Assembly: GCA_051294905.1 (NCBI GenBank)
Contig: CM119372.1
Coordinates: 17,424,001-17,488,000 of the forward strand
Length of the DNA: 64,000 nt
Direction: 5' to 3'
Source of the DNA: Botryllus schlosseri
Taxonomy: Eukaryota
The position numbers were made by a program, and so were the translations under genes. Below, piece after piece: positions 38,022 through 51,700 of the stretch. Each line of letters opens with the position of its first letter. Position 1 is the stretch's first letter. The notes below the pieces were generated by a model that saw only the letters and a program-made list of their open reading frames with translations, did no database searches and was not told the origin of the DNA.

Positions 38022-38690
38022 TCAGACCATTATTTTCAGAGTAATGCTGTTTTCCGCTCCATCCTCATGGTTCACGTGCACTGGGAAATCTCTTCCCGCG
38101 CTGTCTTTACCAATTACTTTTACGCCGGATGGCGTCCGTCTTTTAACGCAGTGTGTTAATCCAATGCAACCAGCAGCGAGTAGCAGCAGTGCCGTTACCA
38201 TAATCATCCACGTCAGTGCCAGTACGCAGAGTTCGCTAAAGAAGTACATACGGTCGGCGGCGTGTGATGCTGACTGGCAGTTCGTCTTCTGGTGCTGCAC
38301 GGGTAGTTCAGTTTTACCCGTGTCTGTCGATGGCTTGACGGCATTGCTAATTTTCTTCCGCAAAAGGTTTTGGATTGATTTATTGTTGCGTCTATTGAGT
38401 TTCTGCCTCCCACTCAGCTCGACTAGCGGCTTTTGCCTGATTCCACAGCAAGGTGGATAAGAGGACGACGAAATCGGGCATATGCACGGATCTTCGTAGG
38501 TAATACTGGAATCGCTTCCAACTGGCGGAATAAGATACTCCCCCTTACGGGGAATGCCTTGTTTTTCAGCCGCCCTTGCGGATAACTCCAGAAACGGCGG
38601 TAGAAAATACTCGCGCGCCGTCACTTCGAGTATTACCACCGACAATGATGCCAATACATGCAGCATTTTACTACGAAATTTCAGAGTCAT
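38022..38690 (-). CDS. Orphan single-pass type I membrane protein (~222 aa)
   Basis: Long ORF with first ATG at 38690; hydrophobic signal (MLHVLASLSVVILEVTA), CICP...PPCC cluster, basic stalk, TM LCVLALTWMIMVTALLLLAAGCIGL followed by KRR. Confidence 0.6.
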   Translation of the reverse strand: MTLKFRSKMLHVLASLSVVILEVTAREYFLPPFLELSARAAEKQGIPRKGEYLIPPVGSDSSITYEDPCICPISSSSYPPCCGIRQKPLVELSGRQKLNRRNNKSIQNLLRKKISNAVKPSTDTGKTELPVQHQKTNCQSASHAADRMYFFSELCVLALTWMIMVTALLLLAAGCIGLTHCVKRRTPSGVKVIGKDSAGRDFPVHVNHEDGAENSITLKIMV

Positions 38691-41439
38691 TGTATTCTCT
38701 AAAAACAACGCAGTTCGTTAAATGTGTTTACCGCGGAAAACATTAGAGCTGCTATACCAAATCGCCAGGAAACAGGTCACAGCATTTATCGTCGTTCGTT
38801 TCATAGATGATTTATCGATATAATAAATTTTCTCACTCAAAACCGTTCGTTAACTTAGGCTAAGAATTGCGACATTGTAGCCAAACAGGGGCCGGAAACT
38901 GGCCAGCCTCAGGTCAGTTCTAGTTGATTTGGTTCGACCAGCGCTTGGGCACGCGACGCAATATTTTATTCAGTTAGTTAGGATTAGAATTATTCGCGCT
39001 GCTGTTGCACTGCACTGCTTGGCTGGACTCCAGACGACAGCAACTGATACGAGTCTTCTTTTTAAACTTTAAACCAAAAATTTATGTTACGTTGCACGCA
39101 TTGAAGAAACCACCACAAAAACATTTGAACAACCTAAGACCTCTCGCTGATGACCAGTGCACTATCATATAACTACAGGGAGAGTTCGTGCCTCTCAGGT
39201 TTTAACTAGGCAGTTGTGAAGACGCCTTTGATCTTTACATTACAGTCGATCAGTGTCGTATCGACATTATATGAATATTTTCGTTCACAACGTTCGCCCT
39301 GTCTGCTCTAATCAACGTTCACTCGTTCATTGTTATATATATACCTATCGATTACTAACCTTCAACTGATCCGACGCGCTGCCTCACAAAAGCCTAGAAG
39401 TGGGCCGTGCCACAATTCGGCAGCTAGGGATTATTAATAAAGAATATCGGTCTGGTGTAAATGACCATTGTAGTCGAAAAACACCATGATGCCACAAACC
39501 ACAACAACATCCGTAGGTTAGTAATCTATAGTACAACAATATTGCGCGTTGGCTCCTTGGTATCCATAGTTGACCCATATATCTCCCTTCGTATCCTTCT
39601 ATCAGGCCTGACCTTCAAAAACACTGTCGTCCTCGAGTCGCCTATGTAGGTAGACAGAATTTCGATAACTGCATGCGTTTTGAAGACTGCTTCATGCGAG
39701 AACCGGCAGTAATATTTATCTGCTGAAAATTATGGACCATTTATTGCTTTTAGGTCGACCTTCCGTCATTAACTGCTGAACCTATTTGTAAATGTAAATG
39801 GGATATTGGAATGTGGATTATCTAGGCCGGCGGTGATTGACATTGTAATTGTTCCTCTATTTGTAGGGAAGGAGGAGGGAGTTGCATTGGAAAGTTTATT
39901 GCATTATGGATCCCGCTGCCGTTGTGATAATGATCCTGTATTATAGTTACTGTCGTAACGCAGGCTGTGGTAGAGTAGCAGTTTGTTTTACAATCAGCTC
40001 TGCCGGCGTAGGCCTACAACACTATGAGATATAGTTCTCAAATGTCAAGAGGAAGAGTCGAGACCAAAAGTCGGCAACAGAGATATTGCTACAGTTAACA
40101 TGATTCAGCATTGTAGTAAAACGCAGTTCCTGCTATCTTACATATACTGATCAGATTTACCGGCCATACAGTATATACGATTGGAGTCAAGTAGAACTCA
40201 TTATTATCATCAACCATACTCAGGGCAATCACTCATAATCTCATTACGGAATACCATTCTCATAATTGTTGATAACTGATGTTGCATAATCCTAATATGT
40301 AGCATGATGTAATGGCAAACAACTGATAAACCAATCGAGGAACAAGGCCAACGGCGACAAGCCCCTAAGTCAAAGTCAGGACAATCTCATAGCCACAAAT
40401 ACCACCAGCAACCATACAATGGATTTTGAGAGATGAAAAACATTTTGAATTAAGACAAACAGGGCGTGTTTCTACCTTACATTGTCATACAGCTACATAT
40501 AGTAGTTATGTATTCCATTGCTGCAATACTGATGGGCCTGGTTCGAACCTAGCGTATAGTCGGAGAATCCTCATCGCAATCACAGCTATAAGTTAGTGGA
40601 TTACGCAAAAAAACGTATGGGTCAACTGCATATGACCAAAACAGCAACCACAACAATAACAACACACATCTGATTTGTGTGCATATGGAATATCAGATTT
40701 AGCTTAACATTTATTGATTATAATAATTTAATATGGGTCTTAATCATTATAACCATTCATTCATTCATTGATTATAACCTTGCACTATTTTCGTAGAATG
40801 TCATGAAAATATTTCTAAAAGTGTCCATCCAAGAATAGCCAATTGATACGTATCCTAATATCATATATTTCTAATGAGCACTACCAGACCATAGAGCATG
40901 TCTTCTTTCATAGATATATGATAGAGCAGTGGTTCTCAACCGGGGGGTCCGCGAAGCATTTTCAGGGGGTCCGCGTAGCCTCAAAATAGTTGATAAGCTA
41001 ATTTGTATTTTTTTTAATTCGGAAAATCACGAGGCAGTTTCGCTTCATTACAAGTAAAACTCCAGAGCTCAGATCAACAGAATGGCAGTCTGAGGTGAAA
41101 TATCCTTCTGAGCAGACTCATTTTTATTGCTAAATCACCGATAGCTTACGGATACAAACATTTTCCTGTTTGGAGGTGTTTTGTTAGGGATTGCGGGGTA
41201 AAAAGTTGGATGAGTAAGGTCATGCACGGTGACTTCGAAATGTTTACAAAAATCCATTTCTCCCGTGTTATATACCACCATTTTCTGCTATAACTTCAAG
41301 ATAAGCTGCTAGATAGAAATGGAAAGGAAAGGACGTAGTTTTATTTTTGTCCTTGATGTTTTGCGGCATATACACCGACCCATGATACACATACACACGA
41401 TCTGCACATATGCATATCATGAGTACTCATGAGTACTCA

Positions 41440-41662
41440 GATATGCATATGCCGCTGGACAAGGAAGGTGCAGATATAGCCTTGTACGGCTTTCTAAGCC
41501 TTTCACCACCCCTCCATGCTATCGCAGTAATGCATGAGCGCCAAGCAGGGAAGCCATATACAAGTGTTATTAATCAGGTCTTTGGTCTGACCCGGCCGGG
41601 GATCGAACCCACGACCTACCGATCAAGAAGCCCGACGCTTAACCATTACGCTATCTTGTGAC
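41440..41662 (-). mobile_element. tRNA-derived SINE (Meta-SINE-like central domain)
   Basis: A box TAGCGTAATGG and B box GGTTCGATCC, followed by GGCCGGGTCAGACCAAAGAC...CTTCCCTGCTTGGCGCTCA. Confidence 0.7.
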
Positions 41663-41679
41663 CAGGATTGACGTAATAT

Positions 41680-42120
41680 CAAGGGCGGGCAACTTCTCCA
41701 GTCGGCTGCCGGATATGGGAAAATTAGGTACTTGGCGGGCCAGATTCCTGAATTGCTACATAAATCGCGTATTTTTCCACCTATACAACGAATAAATCAT
41801 ATCTATTGTAACCTTTAAGTTTAAATTAGAGACCAAAAACAGTATTTACACTATTGGATTACTCGTACTGTAATTCAATATCTGTTGAAGTCAATGAGAC
41901 GTATGTGTTAATGAAAGTTGTCAACAAGTTCCTTAAAATCTGGCTGCATGTTAGCCGTAGAAACCCTTGGGAAAGAATGCAAGTGAACGTCACAGCTAAA
42001 TTGTCAATGTTTATGGTCCAAAATGTTCGCTCGCAAATGTATGTAGACCCGCGGGTCACATTATCATGGAAGACCGGAAACTGTCTGCGGGCCACTCAAA
42101 ATCCGTATGTTGCCCGGTTT
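41680..42120. mobile_element. hAT-derived element related to 62995-63551
   Basis: Shared head GGGCGGGCAACTTCTCC.GTCGGC..CCGGATATGGGAAAAT and shared internal sequence. Confidence 0.65.
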
Positions 42121-42231
42121 TGCGTTATATGTTCATTAAAAAAAAATTGTCAATTGGCGGTGAATATGGTATCTGTTGACGAATATGTAGCAATCAATTA
42201 CACCACCGGCATCGTATCATTTACCATTATA

Positions 42232-43194
42232 TAGTATTGGGATGACTCGAGTCACCTTTTTCGTATGACTTGACTTGACTCGAGTCACTTTGCTAAAATG
42301 ACTTGACTTGACTCGAGTCACTTTGCTAAAATGACTTGACTTGACTCGGCGTATTAGAAAGGTGGATTGATTCGTGACTCGGAGCAAAATTCACGAGTCA
42401 ATTTCAATTCATCAAGTAATCGGTGGCGATAAAAATCACTGTATCTTGCATATGTTCGGATTGTTCGCGAAACACTGGTGTAACCAGTAAGAGCGACCAA
42501 TCATTCAATGGTCGTGCGTTTCACTGGGTCTCCATTGTTCTCTAACAAATACGTTGAACGCAAACGAAGTGATCGAAGCTTACAGCTTACGTTGTCGTAA
42601 ACTAGTAGTAAAGTAATAAAATAGAAAATGTCTATTTCTGTTCCCTATGTTCTTACCTCAACCATTGAAGTCAAATTCGAATATAGTCTATAAGAGTCTA
42701 TGTAGTCCTCAATCATTGCTGCAGGCTGGAATTGTATCATATCAATTTGTAAATGGGTAATGTATTGTATCTTATTAATTCGTTTCTCTATTCTGTATTT
42801 CGGATAGTAAAGTGGTAACTATAAACTGAGGCTATGCAATTACTTACGTAGTTTAGCAGTTCTACGTGTATGTGGGCGATACAGCACCTTCTTGCGTGTA
42901 TATTTAACTCAATATTCTTTCATCGGCTCGGAATTAATGACCACTCAATCAGTCTTTCAGACAGCTAGCAAAATGCAATGACGTAATCATGTCACATACT
43001 TCAAAAAGGCAACTTGACTTGAATTGTGACTTGACTCGTGACTTGACTTGACTTTTGTCACCTCCAAAAATTGAGTGACTTGACTTGACTCGATTCACCT
43101 TCGAAAACCGATTGACTTGACTTGACTCGAGTCAAAATGTGCAATGACTCGAAATGACTCGTAACTCGAAGGTAGTGACTCGATCCCAACACTG
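42232..43194. mobile_element. hAT MITE family B
   Basis: Colinear with 19963-20884; ends ATCCCAACACTG. Confidence 0.85.
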
Positions 43195-44893
43195 CCGCTA
43201 ATACAAATTACATTTTTGAAAATACAGAATGTAAGTGACTGACATCGATTGACAAACAAACAACATTTGATTGACATATATCACAATGATTTGGTGACTT
43301 CGTAGTGCATATACCAGTTTTGGACAATGGAGTTTGTATGGCACATATGCAAGCAAGCCAAATGAGCAAATATTTGTCCAAATTTATCTTTGTAATTATA
43401 TTTTATTTCTGAATTGTGACCGTTTTGTCCTTGCCTTGTTTGCATTCCTCTCTCCATTGAATGTCTGCCCAGCGCGATAAGATGTCCAGTCCATGTGTAC
43501 GGGTGTACTGTACGACTGTACGTGTACGTCTACTTGTAACTTAATGGAGTACGTATTGAAATCAGTCATATAGGAGGCGCTGTCTACGCCGGACCCCTAT
43601 GATCAGCAAATGTGCATCGATCAAAACTTCTAATACTCGTCATTTGTCGATGATCAAAATATTCTACCAGTCCTACATTCTCCGATTTGCAACAGATGAC
43701 TTAATCGCTGTTACACAAATCTATAGATGTAATAATAAGCCGCAATTGACAAATACCAACACGTGCTATATTATGCACAATACATCATTCGATGGCGATT
43801 ATCAAGTCTCTGAGATAGTTCTGTATGGAGCTTCACTCATTTAGCAATAGATTGTGGCGGCCCGCGACCAGTATGTGTAATTGTGTATTCATAAATCTTG
43901 CAGTTAAACCTGTTTCAGAGGCGTTATAGCAATATTTGTCGAACCAGCATGCATAAAGTAATACCTAATGGCATTAAGCTAATGCCAAGAAAAAAACTCG
44001 AAGCCGCAGTGATAATAGTTACCATACAATTTCCCAAATGATCTTCCGAAAGCGTCACATTAGCACTGTATGGTCAACTGCTGCCGAAACGAGGATCGTT
44101 TAGTGGTGGATCGTTTATTATCAGCAAACTCGTTAAGTCAGCAGTCATTGCTAATCTCAATTAAGGACAGACAGAGGATATTGGACTGACGATTATCTAT
44201 GCTGACGCCGTTTGACGAGTTGTTCTTAGACAAGCAAATTCTGGAAAGAAACTCTCAGCATGTTTATACCACTGTCAATCCAAACATGTAATGGTCGTAT
44301 ACTACCATTGATCTCGAGGTAAAGGCAATGCCGTCTTCAGGTTTAGGGGCTCGAACTCTTTTCCAAATCCTCAAATTCAAGTTACTGTTGCGCCGGCGAC
44401 CAATATTACTCGCGAATTCGATCTAGCCTACCCGTGTCGAAATCTTGGATTGCGCGATACGTTGATTGATCAAAGAGAATAGCAGACATGGCGACACCAA
44501 TATGACAACACAGTTTTAAAATACACATTTTCTTTCTGATGTACGCGAAATGAACTGCCGTGGACGTAACATTCACAATTGCAAACTCTAATTACAAACA
44601 ATGCTATGACAAGTAGCTCTACCTGCCAATAGGCGTGTTATAGGTTACCGCCGAATACTTTAAGAATTGAGAAGTCGATCAGTATTTAGATTTTCGGAAT
44701 CAGTGCGACAGTTACATTAGATTAATACCAGGTATAACAAATTCTAAGCTATTTACGATGAATTGCGTTATCAATGGTGAGGCTTGGCCCGTCTGTGCCT
44801 TACCTCTCGTTTCACGCTTTATTTTCGAACAATAAAATGCAAATTGTGTGAATTTGGGAGAAAAATGTTCAAAATCTAGTCATTCATGAACGG

Positions 44894-45513
44894 TAGGGCT
44901 GTTCGAAAATAACCTTTTTTCCTGAATCTTGTTGGTTACGTGATTAAATTGTTAGGTTGCCTTAAAAAACGACGCACACCAAATTTGAATTCATTCCAAC
45001 CAACATTCGCGGATTTCGTAGAGTTTGAAAATTTTTAATTTGCCCAAAAACGCAAAAAAAATTTCTTTTTGAACTTTTCTGCCAACCCCATGAAATTGTT
45101 GGGCTGTCTTCAAAAACTATGCAAAACAAATTTGACTCAATTCCAAGCCGTAGAAGCGGAGTTATTCCTGTTTTTCGATGATAATTCTTGGATTATCCAC
45201 CGATCAAGGATAATCCCAGAATTATCGAATTAAAACTGAAATAACTAAGCTTCTACGGCTTGGAATTGAGTCAAATTTGTTTTGCATAGTTTCTGAAGAC
45301 AGCCCAACAATTTCATGGGGTTGGCAGAAAAATTTAAAAAGAAATTTTTTTTGCGTTTTTGGGCAAATTAAAAATTTTTCAAACTCTACGAAATCCGCGA
45401 ATGTTGGTTGGAATGAATTCAAATTAGGTGTGCGTCGTTTTTTAAGGAAACCTAACAATTTAATCACGTAACCAACAAGATTCAGGAAAAAAGGTTATTT
45501 TTTAACAGCCCTA
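44894..45513. mobile_element. Near-perfect palindromic (foldback) hAT-like MITE
   Basis: TAGGGCTGTT...AACAGCCCTA; inverted arms of ~280 bp; TSD ATGAACGG/ATGAACAG. Confidence 0.9.
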
Positions 45514-47240
45514 ATGAACAGCAATAGAAAATACCAATAATAATTGAAGGTTTCAAAATTTTCGTTTACAGCTTAGAGTGGGTATTGACCTGTATAGATT
45601 GCTGTAGTGACCATGTTTGGCTCCACCTACGCATGTGATCATGAGTTCTCGCATTTCAAAGGATCATCACGGGGAACCTACGTTCTCGTAATTCAAGTTT
45701 TGCATGCTCAAGTAAGGCAGCCAGCATGATTAGTTCGAGTTTTTACAGAGAAAAAGTGGCGCACACGACGAATCCCATATATAGTGAGTTCGGATTATAG
45801 TGCTACGATGACGTCAGGAATTTTCAATTGTGGCGTAACAGCGGATTGACATGTATGGCTCTTTGGGAGGTGAATGGGAAAAAATAAGGCCAATAGGGCT
45901 CTACGGACAAAAAAGGTTCCCGACCACTGCTGTACGCTGTGCACTGTGCAGTGTGCAACTATGTATAATTGTACAGTCCATTGTACATTGTACATTGTAC
46001 GATGCGGTGATGGGTAATGCACCTGCACGGCGCTTATCGCGGGCTATAGTTCCATTGTAAGTGATATCGATGATTCGTACAAGATTACGTCGACTGCGCA
46101 GGCATGGATTAACATTTGAGATTTGATACACGGTCAGTTGGTCAACTATTTGTTCCATATGATATTCGTGAAATGCGTCACCATATTTCTCGCTCGCCAA
46201 CACAATTTTTATTATGATAACGAGGGCACAAGCAGATAGGTTTTGGTTTTATGATGAATCCCTTTCATGCTGCTAATACGATGCAACTTACAGTTTGGTG
46301 TAAAGAAATTTAAGCAAGGATATCATCAAATTTGTGCTGCATTGCCGTTGACTTTCCGCAAGAATTACAATGACGAGCAAGCATGAACCTCAAAATCGGG
46401 TTAGCTTTCCGAAAATGAATGTGAAATTGATCTGGTCGTGCCATCCCAATCCCAATAAGTATTATTATGAAATATCAACATCTTCTCAAACGTGTTCGTG
46501 ATTAAATATTGAGATTATATATGTCACCATATATCATCCTTACTCGCTATATACACATCACACATCGTATTCATTATGTGAACCCGCTCCACAGGTCATT
46601 TGGAAAAGGCTCGTATATCAATGCTATTTGAACATAGATAAAATATATACACGGTAATTTGACGCGAAAATAGTTTTGAAAACATTCATAATTGTCTTCA
46701 TTAATGTTTGACGCGTTGACGTGGAGGTAAACTAACGTTACGTGAACTAACGGTAGGGTACGGAACAATATCGTAACTTAGTGCAGTATCGTACTTGACG
46801 AATAAATATCGTACCGTAGTTACGTACTGTACTTTTTGCCGAAATCGAAACGTACTCAAGTTCTGTACCCTGAATGGCTTGTTTTACGGCGCACATACGT
46901 AGAACTCCATAATACGTAGATATGCCATAAACGTCTGATATGCGTATCTTCGTTGGTAGTATATCTGTAACTGAATTTCGTCATATCGTCAGGTCCGCAT
47001 AAGCCTCTGTCGATTCTTCCGGTAATTAAAATCGGTTTCAACTGAGCCGAATACGATAAGTCAGCGTGTAGATTCATATACAATAGCAATCGTTATGACA
47101 CGTGCTGCTTTAACCCTCAGCAAACCACTGCACATTTTCACTGAGCGGCGCTGTTCAGGTCACGACGGAAAAGTGAATCGCTAAACAAAACATGAAAGGA
47201 AGGGTACGTTCGTAGAAATATTCTATTGTCTCTATTTATT

Positions 47241-47255
47241 GTTGCTATGGTTTAC
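47241..47255. promoter_or_regulatory. RFX X-box-like motif upstream of SPMIP4/C7orf31
   Basis: GTTGCTATGGTTTAC, followed by a candidate donor (AG|GTAATA at ~47302). An acceptor TTGCACAG lies at ~48735, before the ATG. Confidence 0.5.
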
Positions 47256-48790
47256 CGACAATAAAAAATTGTCATATAATACCTTATGTATTCCTAAGGA
47301 GGTAATAAATTGTTGGCCGGCCCGAAAATTGGTGGCGACAATATGAACTTAGTAGAGGAGCTGGTGGCTACCATAAGTACACGGGATATATAGTTCTATT
47401 TAAGAGTATATCGAGACAAGTACTTGAGTCACAGAAATAAGTTGGTTTTATTTGAGTTTTATATCTATGTACAAATGATGGCATATTTCACAATTGCACT
47501 GGTATTACATCAGAGAGGATGAGAAACAAGCCAGGTAGGGGTCCATTTCCGTCCACTATTGGAACTGAACTGAATTACAAATGTAAAACAATCTAAATTA
47601 CGACTAGGTTATCAAATTGTCTGTGATGCCATTGATGAAGTACATTTTGTGAAACCCTATGACTTCTGAAATTCGTTAATTAGGCCTATTCGGACACAAT
47701 TCAAGTTCCTTGTTTTGTGTAAATTGTCATTTGCGCGCTGACAATAGACGAAACCTTGTCAGCGTGAGTTTCCTATAGAGTTCGTACAAGAGAACATGTT
47801 ATTTATGCAACATATCGCTGATCCTTGCTGCCGTACCTCAAGGACTCGAATGTGTTGTAGTAGGGTGATAAGACGCCTTAGCCTATTGTTTGTAGTTCTA
47901 CATTGTAAAGGGGATCCATTATATATAGTAGCATGGTAGCTTTTGTCTGTTTAACGACATTGTTTCGATAAAGTGGTTATAAGACCTATAGAATTGCTCT
48001 TACGATACTCGAGACGGAGTCAGGTGAAGTGGGTGGTACATTCCTCGATTAAAGGTCAAATTGGAAGCTGCATGTGACTATAAGGATTGAATCAAGGATA
48101 GAGGAGGCAAGTTACCACGGACATGGCATATAGCTTATTTTACAATCACGTGCGAAACATCTAGCATAGGATGTTCAGTATAGTAGATGTTAATGTGGCA
48201 CTACTTAATTTTTTACTGCGATCCAATCTCTACATACGATCGGCTTAGATATGAATTCAGATATGAAAACGATTAATATTCACAAATTCGAATCTATTTT
48301 TAAATGTTCGTTCATCAATATCAGGAATATATCGAACTATTGCCCAAACAAGCATGCATGCGGAAACGTGTATTGTACTTGACTGAACCAGTTAGTACAC
48401 GTTCTATAAACAACGATCCTTAGCCTACTCAGCGTAGCTGTTCAAATATCGCTTGCGCATTGGTAGAAGAGCGCCATTGTCATTATCACGTCACCTAACC
48501 AACCGAATATGTGCGCCGTGTGTGCTTAGTAAATGTTCCGTAAGTTTGCTAACAATTCCATTTTTATGTTGTTATCAGTGCATCGCCACCTTTCTTTTGG
48601 CCTTGATCAGAACTGCTTACCTCGGTATAAGTCACATGAAGACACTTCAAGCTACTTTTGTGCGTGTGTGTTTTGCAGTCATCCCAGAAGAAATTTGATC
48701 ACGCAGCAGAAGTTCATACTTTTAGTCTTGCACAGGAATAATGTAGGCGCACTTTAACGCAATTGCAAAATAACCTAAACACTGTCTACA

Positions 48791-51700
48791 ATGGCTGCTG
48801 CAGAAACAGCACTACCGCTGAGCTACTTCTATCCGAAGATTGAAGGATCAGAACATTTGTCTCAAAATCTAGCCTCTAATGAATTGTTCACGCCTCTCCA
48901 GCCAAGCAGAATCACTGTGAGCCAGTCAAAGTAAGATTATGGAACGATTTGAGAGAGCGGTTGATAACTGGATTTCTATTATTTTCGTCTCAGTTTCGAA
49001 CGACATCGCGCAAGTATCGAAAAACAACCTCATTTGCCATGGGGCAGAGCCCGTGAGTACGGTGGATTGCAGAAAGTGCAGCTACCCAGCGAGTTTTTTA
49101 AACCAAAAACTTTTCCACCGGACGTTGTACAAAAGGTAGGAGATACCCAAAATTCATGATGAAACGTTCAGTGTCGCCCACGATTAACTATATGGTTCTG
49201 GCCCGTCCCATTCGGCGTGTATACCATCGCAACTGCTGCTTTAGCACTTGAATTTAATAATTTGGGTTGCGACATTCATTTTCGTAGTATCCTTGCCCTT
49301 TTCTGCCTTATAGAACAGAACTCGTATGCATTGGCCATAACAATTTGCACTGTCACTGGACCAATACTTCCTAGCTTATATCAGTTGGTTCGTGCCAGAG
49401 TTTTCATAAGTCGAAACGGTGATATCAAAGATACGGTGACGTAGTATCCGAGATACGTAACGTATTCAAATAAGTCTTCATTATTATTATTTTATACCAT
49501 TGCTGATGCCAATCAACCCAATTGTAAATCGGGTACCGACGGAAACCCGAATCTGCGTTATTTTCAGGGACATAGACACTATGGATCCGGTGCCTCCGAC
49601 CCCAGGGATTACAACGAGCAACAATTCTATGACATCACAAACCTGAAGAGGAGTGACGTTCGCTCCAACGACCAGCTGCTGCCTAATGCTCCTTCGAAGC
49701 AGATGAAGTAAGCATAGTATGCTATGCACAATTGCACATCTCTCTTACCGCATTTACGAATGATAACATTAATCATAATACATAAGAAATGCATGTGTCA
49801 TCTATGTGCTTGATTTCTGACGACACTATTGTCGATTTATATTGCCTATCAAACCTAGCCAAAGGATACATATGATTTTCGGTCAATTCCTTCAACTTGA
49901 AATTGTGGTCCGATAAACATCTTTCAATTTTATAAAGTATAAACAGTTTGTTCCGTGTAACAGGTATGCATTGTTGTAGTCCGGTAGAATTATCCCACAT
50001 ATGTTACATACGGTATGCCGAATCCGTTCTCACTGCGTAGTTCCTCTAGCCTAGCGATATCCAAAACACAATTAAATTATACCGCGTGTATAATGTAATT
50101 CTCGTTGTGCCCAATCCTACACACGATATTTGAGCATCAGGCGCACTTGAAAATTTCAATTCGTTTCAGCGAAAAGCAAATCGATCTCCCTTTCCCTGCC
50201 GAGCACCCATACTATTCTCATACTTCACGATTAGCAGTCATACCAAAGTTCAACACTCCCGATGATCCGGCCGCTGGAGATCCGCATCGATCAGATTCGC
50301 CTTTACACGCAAACGCAGCTGCCAACGGCTACCGAGTTTTGATACTTAGTAAAACTAAAGGTTGGTGTTGATAGCCGAAATGGCAGTTTTTACACTGTCC
50401 AAGTGTCCAAGCTCATTCACTCATGATCGTGATTCGTACCGAAGTAGGCCTACTACTTTTTATGGGTATCAGAGGTGGCTAGTAATGACGTTCTGCAGTA
50501 GGGATGGTGTAAACGTGAGGTTCACGTTCGCGTTTTGTGTGTGAACCTCGGACATTTAGAGGTTCACGTTCACAAACGAACCTTGGTAGGTTCTGGACTG
50601 TGAACCTTTTTCATATATTACAATTTTCACTTCATTATAACATTTTTTGGTTGAAATTTATTGCATTTCAACTGCAGGCCACTCTATGCATGGCACTGGC
50701 AGCATAAAAAATCAACACTAAACAAGCATGCACCTTGACATTCTCAAAAGTTTTACTTGCTTTGTTTCAAAAGTTTGCTCGAAATATCCAGCTTTCCGTC
50801 TGTGAATACTTAGTGACTCTCTGATGTGAGCTTCACCCCCAATCACACAACACCAAGAGCGAAATACACTATACATGTGGGTAGTCAGCTAATGATGGTT
50901 ATTCAACCAATCAATGAAATTGATATCGTTGTCTGATGTAAAAAATCTGGCAGAAGTAGGGGTCAATCTTGACTTTATATGTTTATTGTATCATAAAAAC
51001 CAAATCCATGCGATTAGGGTGTTGGCTACTGCTGTATAACTTGTTAATGCGGTAATATCGGTAGCAAGTATAGAACCCGTTTTACACTCTGCTCAATATC
51101 AACGTAGCAATACTCAGACGCCGAATACATTGCCCGTTCTGGCTTAGACCGTTATGGCGTAAGCTTATATTCCCTTGCAAGTACTCGTCGAAATTGTTGG
51201 CAAAGCGACGGACGAGAGTGATTTTATGAGATTATTATATCATTTGATTGGCCCAGTTCATACATTTGGCGGCGTTTAAAATGTCCATATGTACTTCAGC
51301 ATTGTGGAATTGTGTGGCCCGAGTCGTCGCTAGGTATCGTGTACATTAATATAGGCTATCACTTCACTGAAATGTAGGGTTGGAATTAGCAAAATGACGT
51401 CACGTTCGCGTTCACACAGAACCTTTCAAAAAGGTTCGCGTTCACACGAACCTGAACCTTTCAGAGGTTCACACCATCCCTATTCTTCAGGCTTTTTCGA
51501 AGTGTCTAAGTAGATATTACTGCTTACTATAACTTTCTTTATGTTTTAGACTACTCCAACCTATTCAGATAGCAAAGTGTTACGGAATGATGGCATACTG
51601 AGAGTATTTTCTATAATAGCGATGGTGATGGAATACTGCGTAGTAATTTCTTTGATTTAAAGATAGAAAGAAAGGGGAATTTGGTATTTCCATAAATGAA

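Noticed and set aside
41575..41662. tRNA gene
   Set aside because: A/B boxes are present but there is no complete cloverleaf, and the sequence continues into a SINE body.
45222..45471. ORFs on both strands
   Set aside because: By-products of the palindromic MITE.
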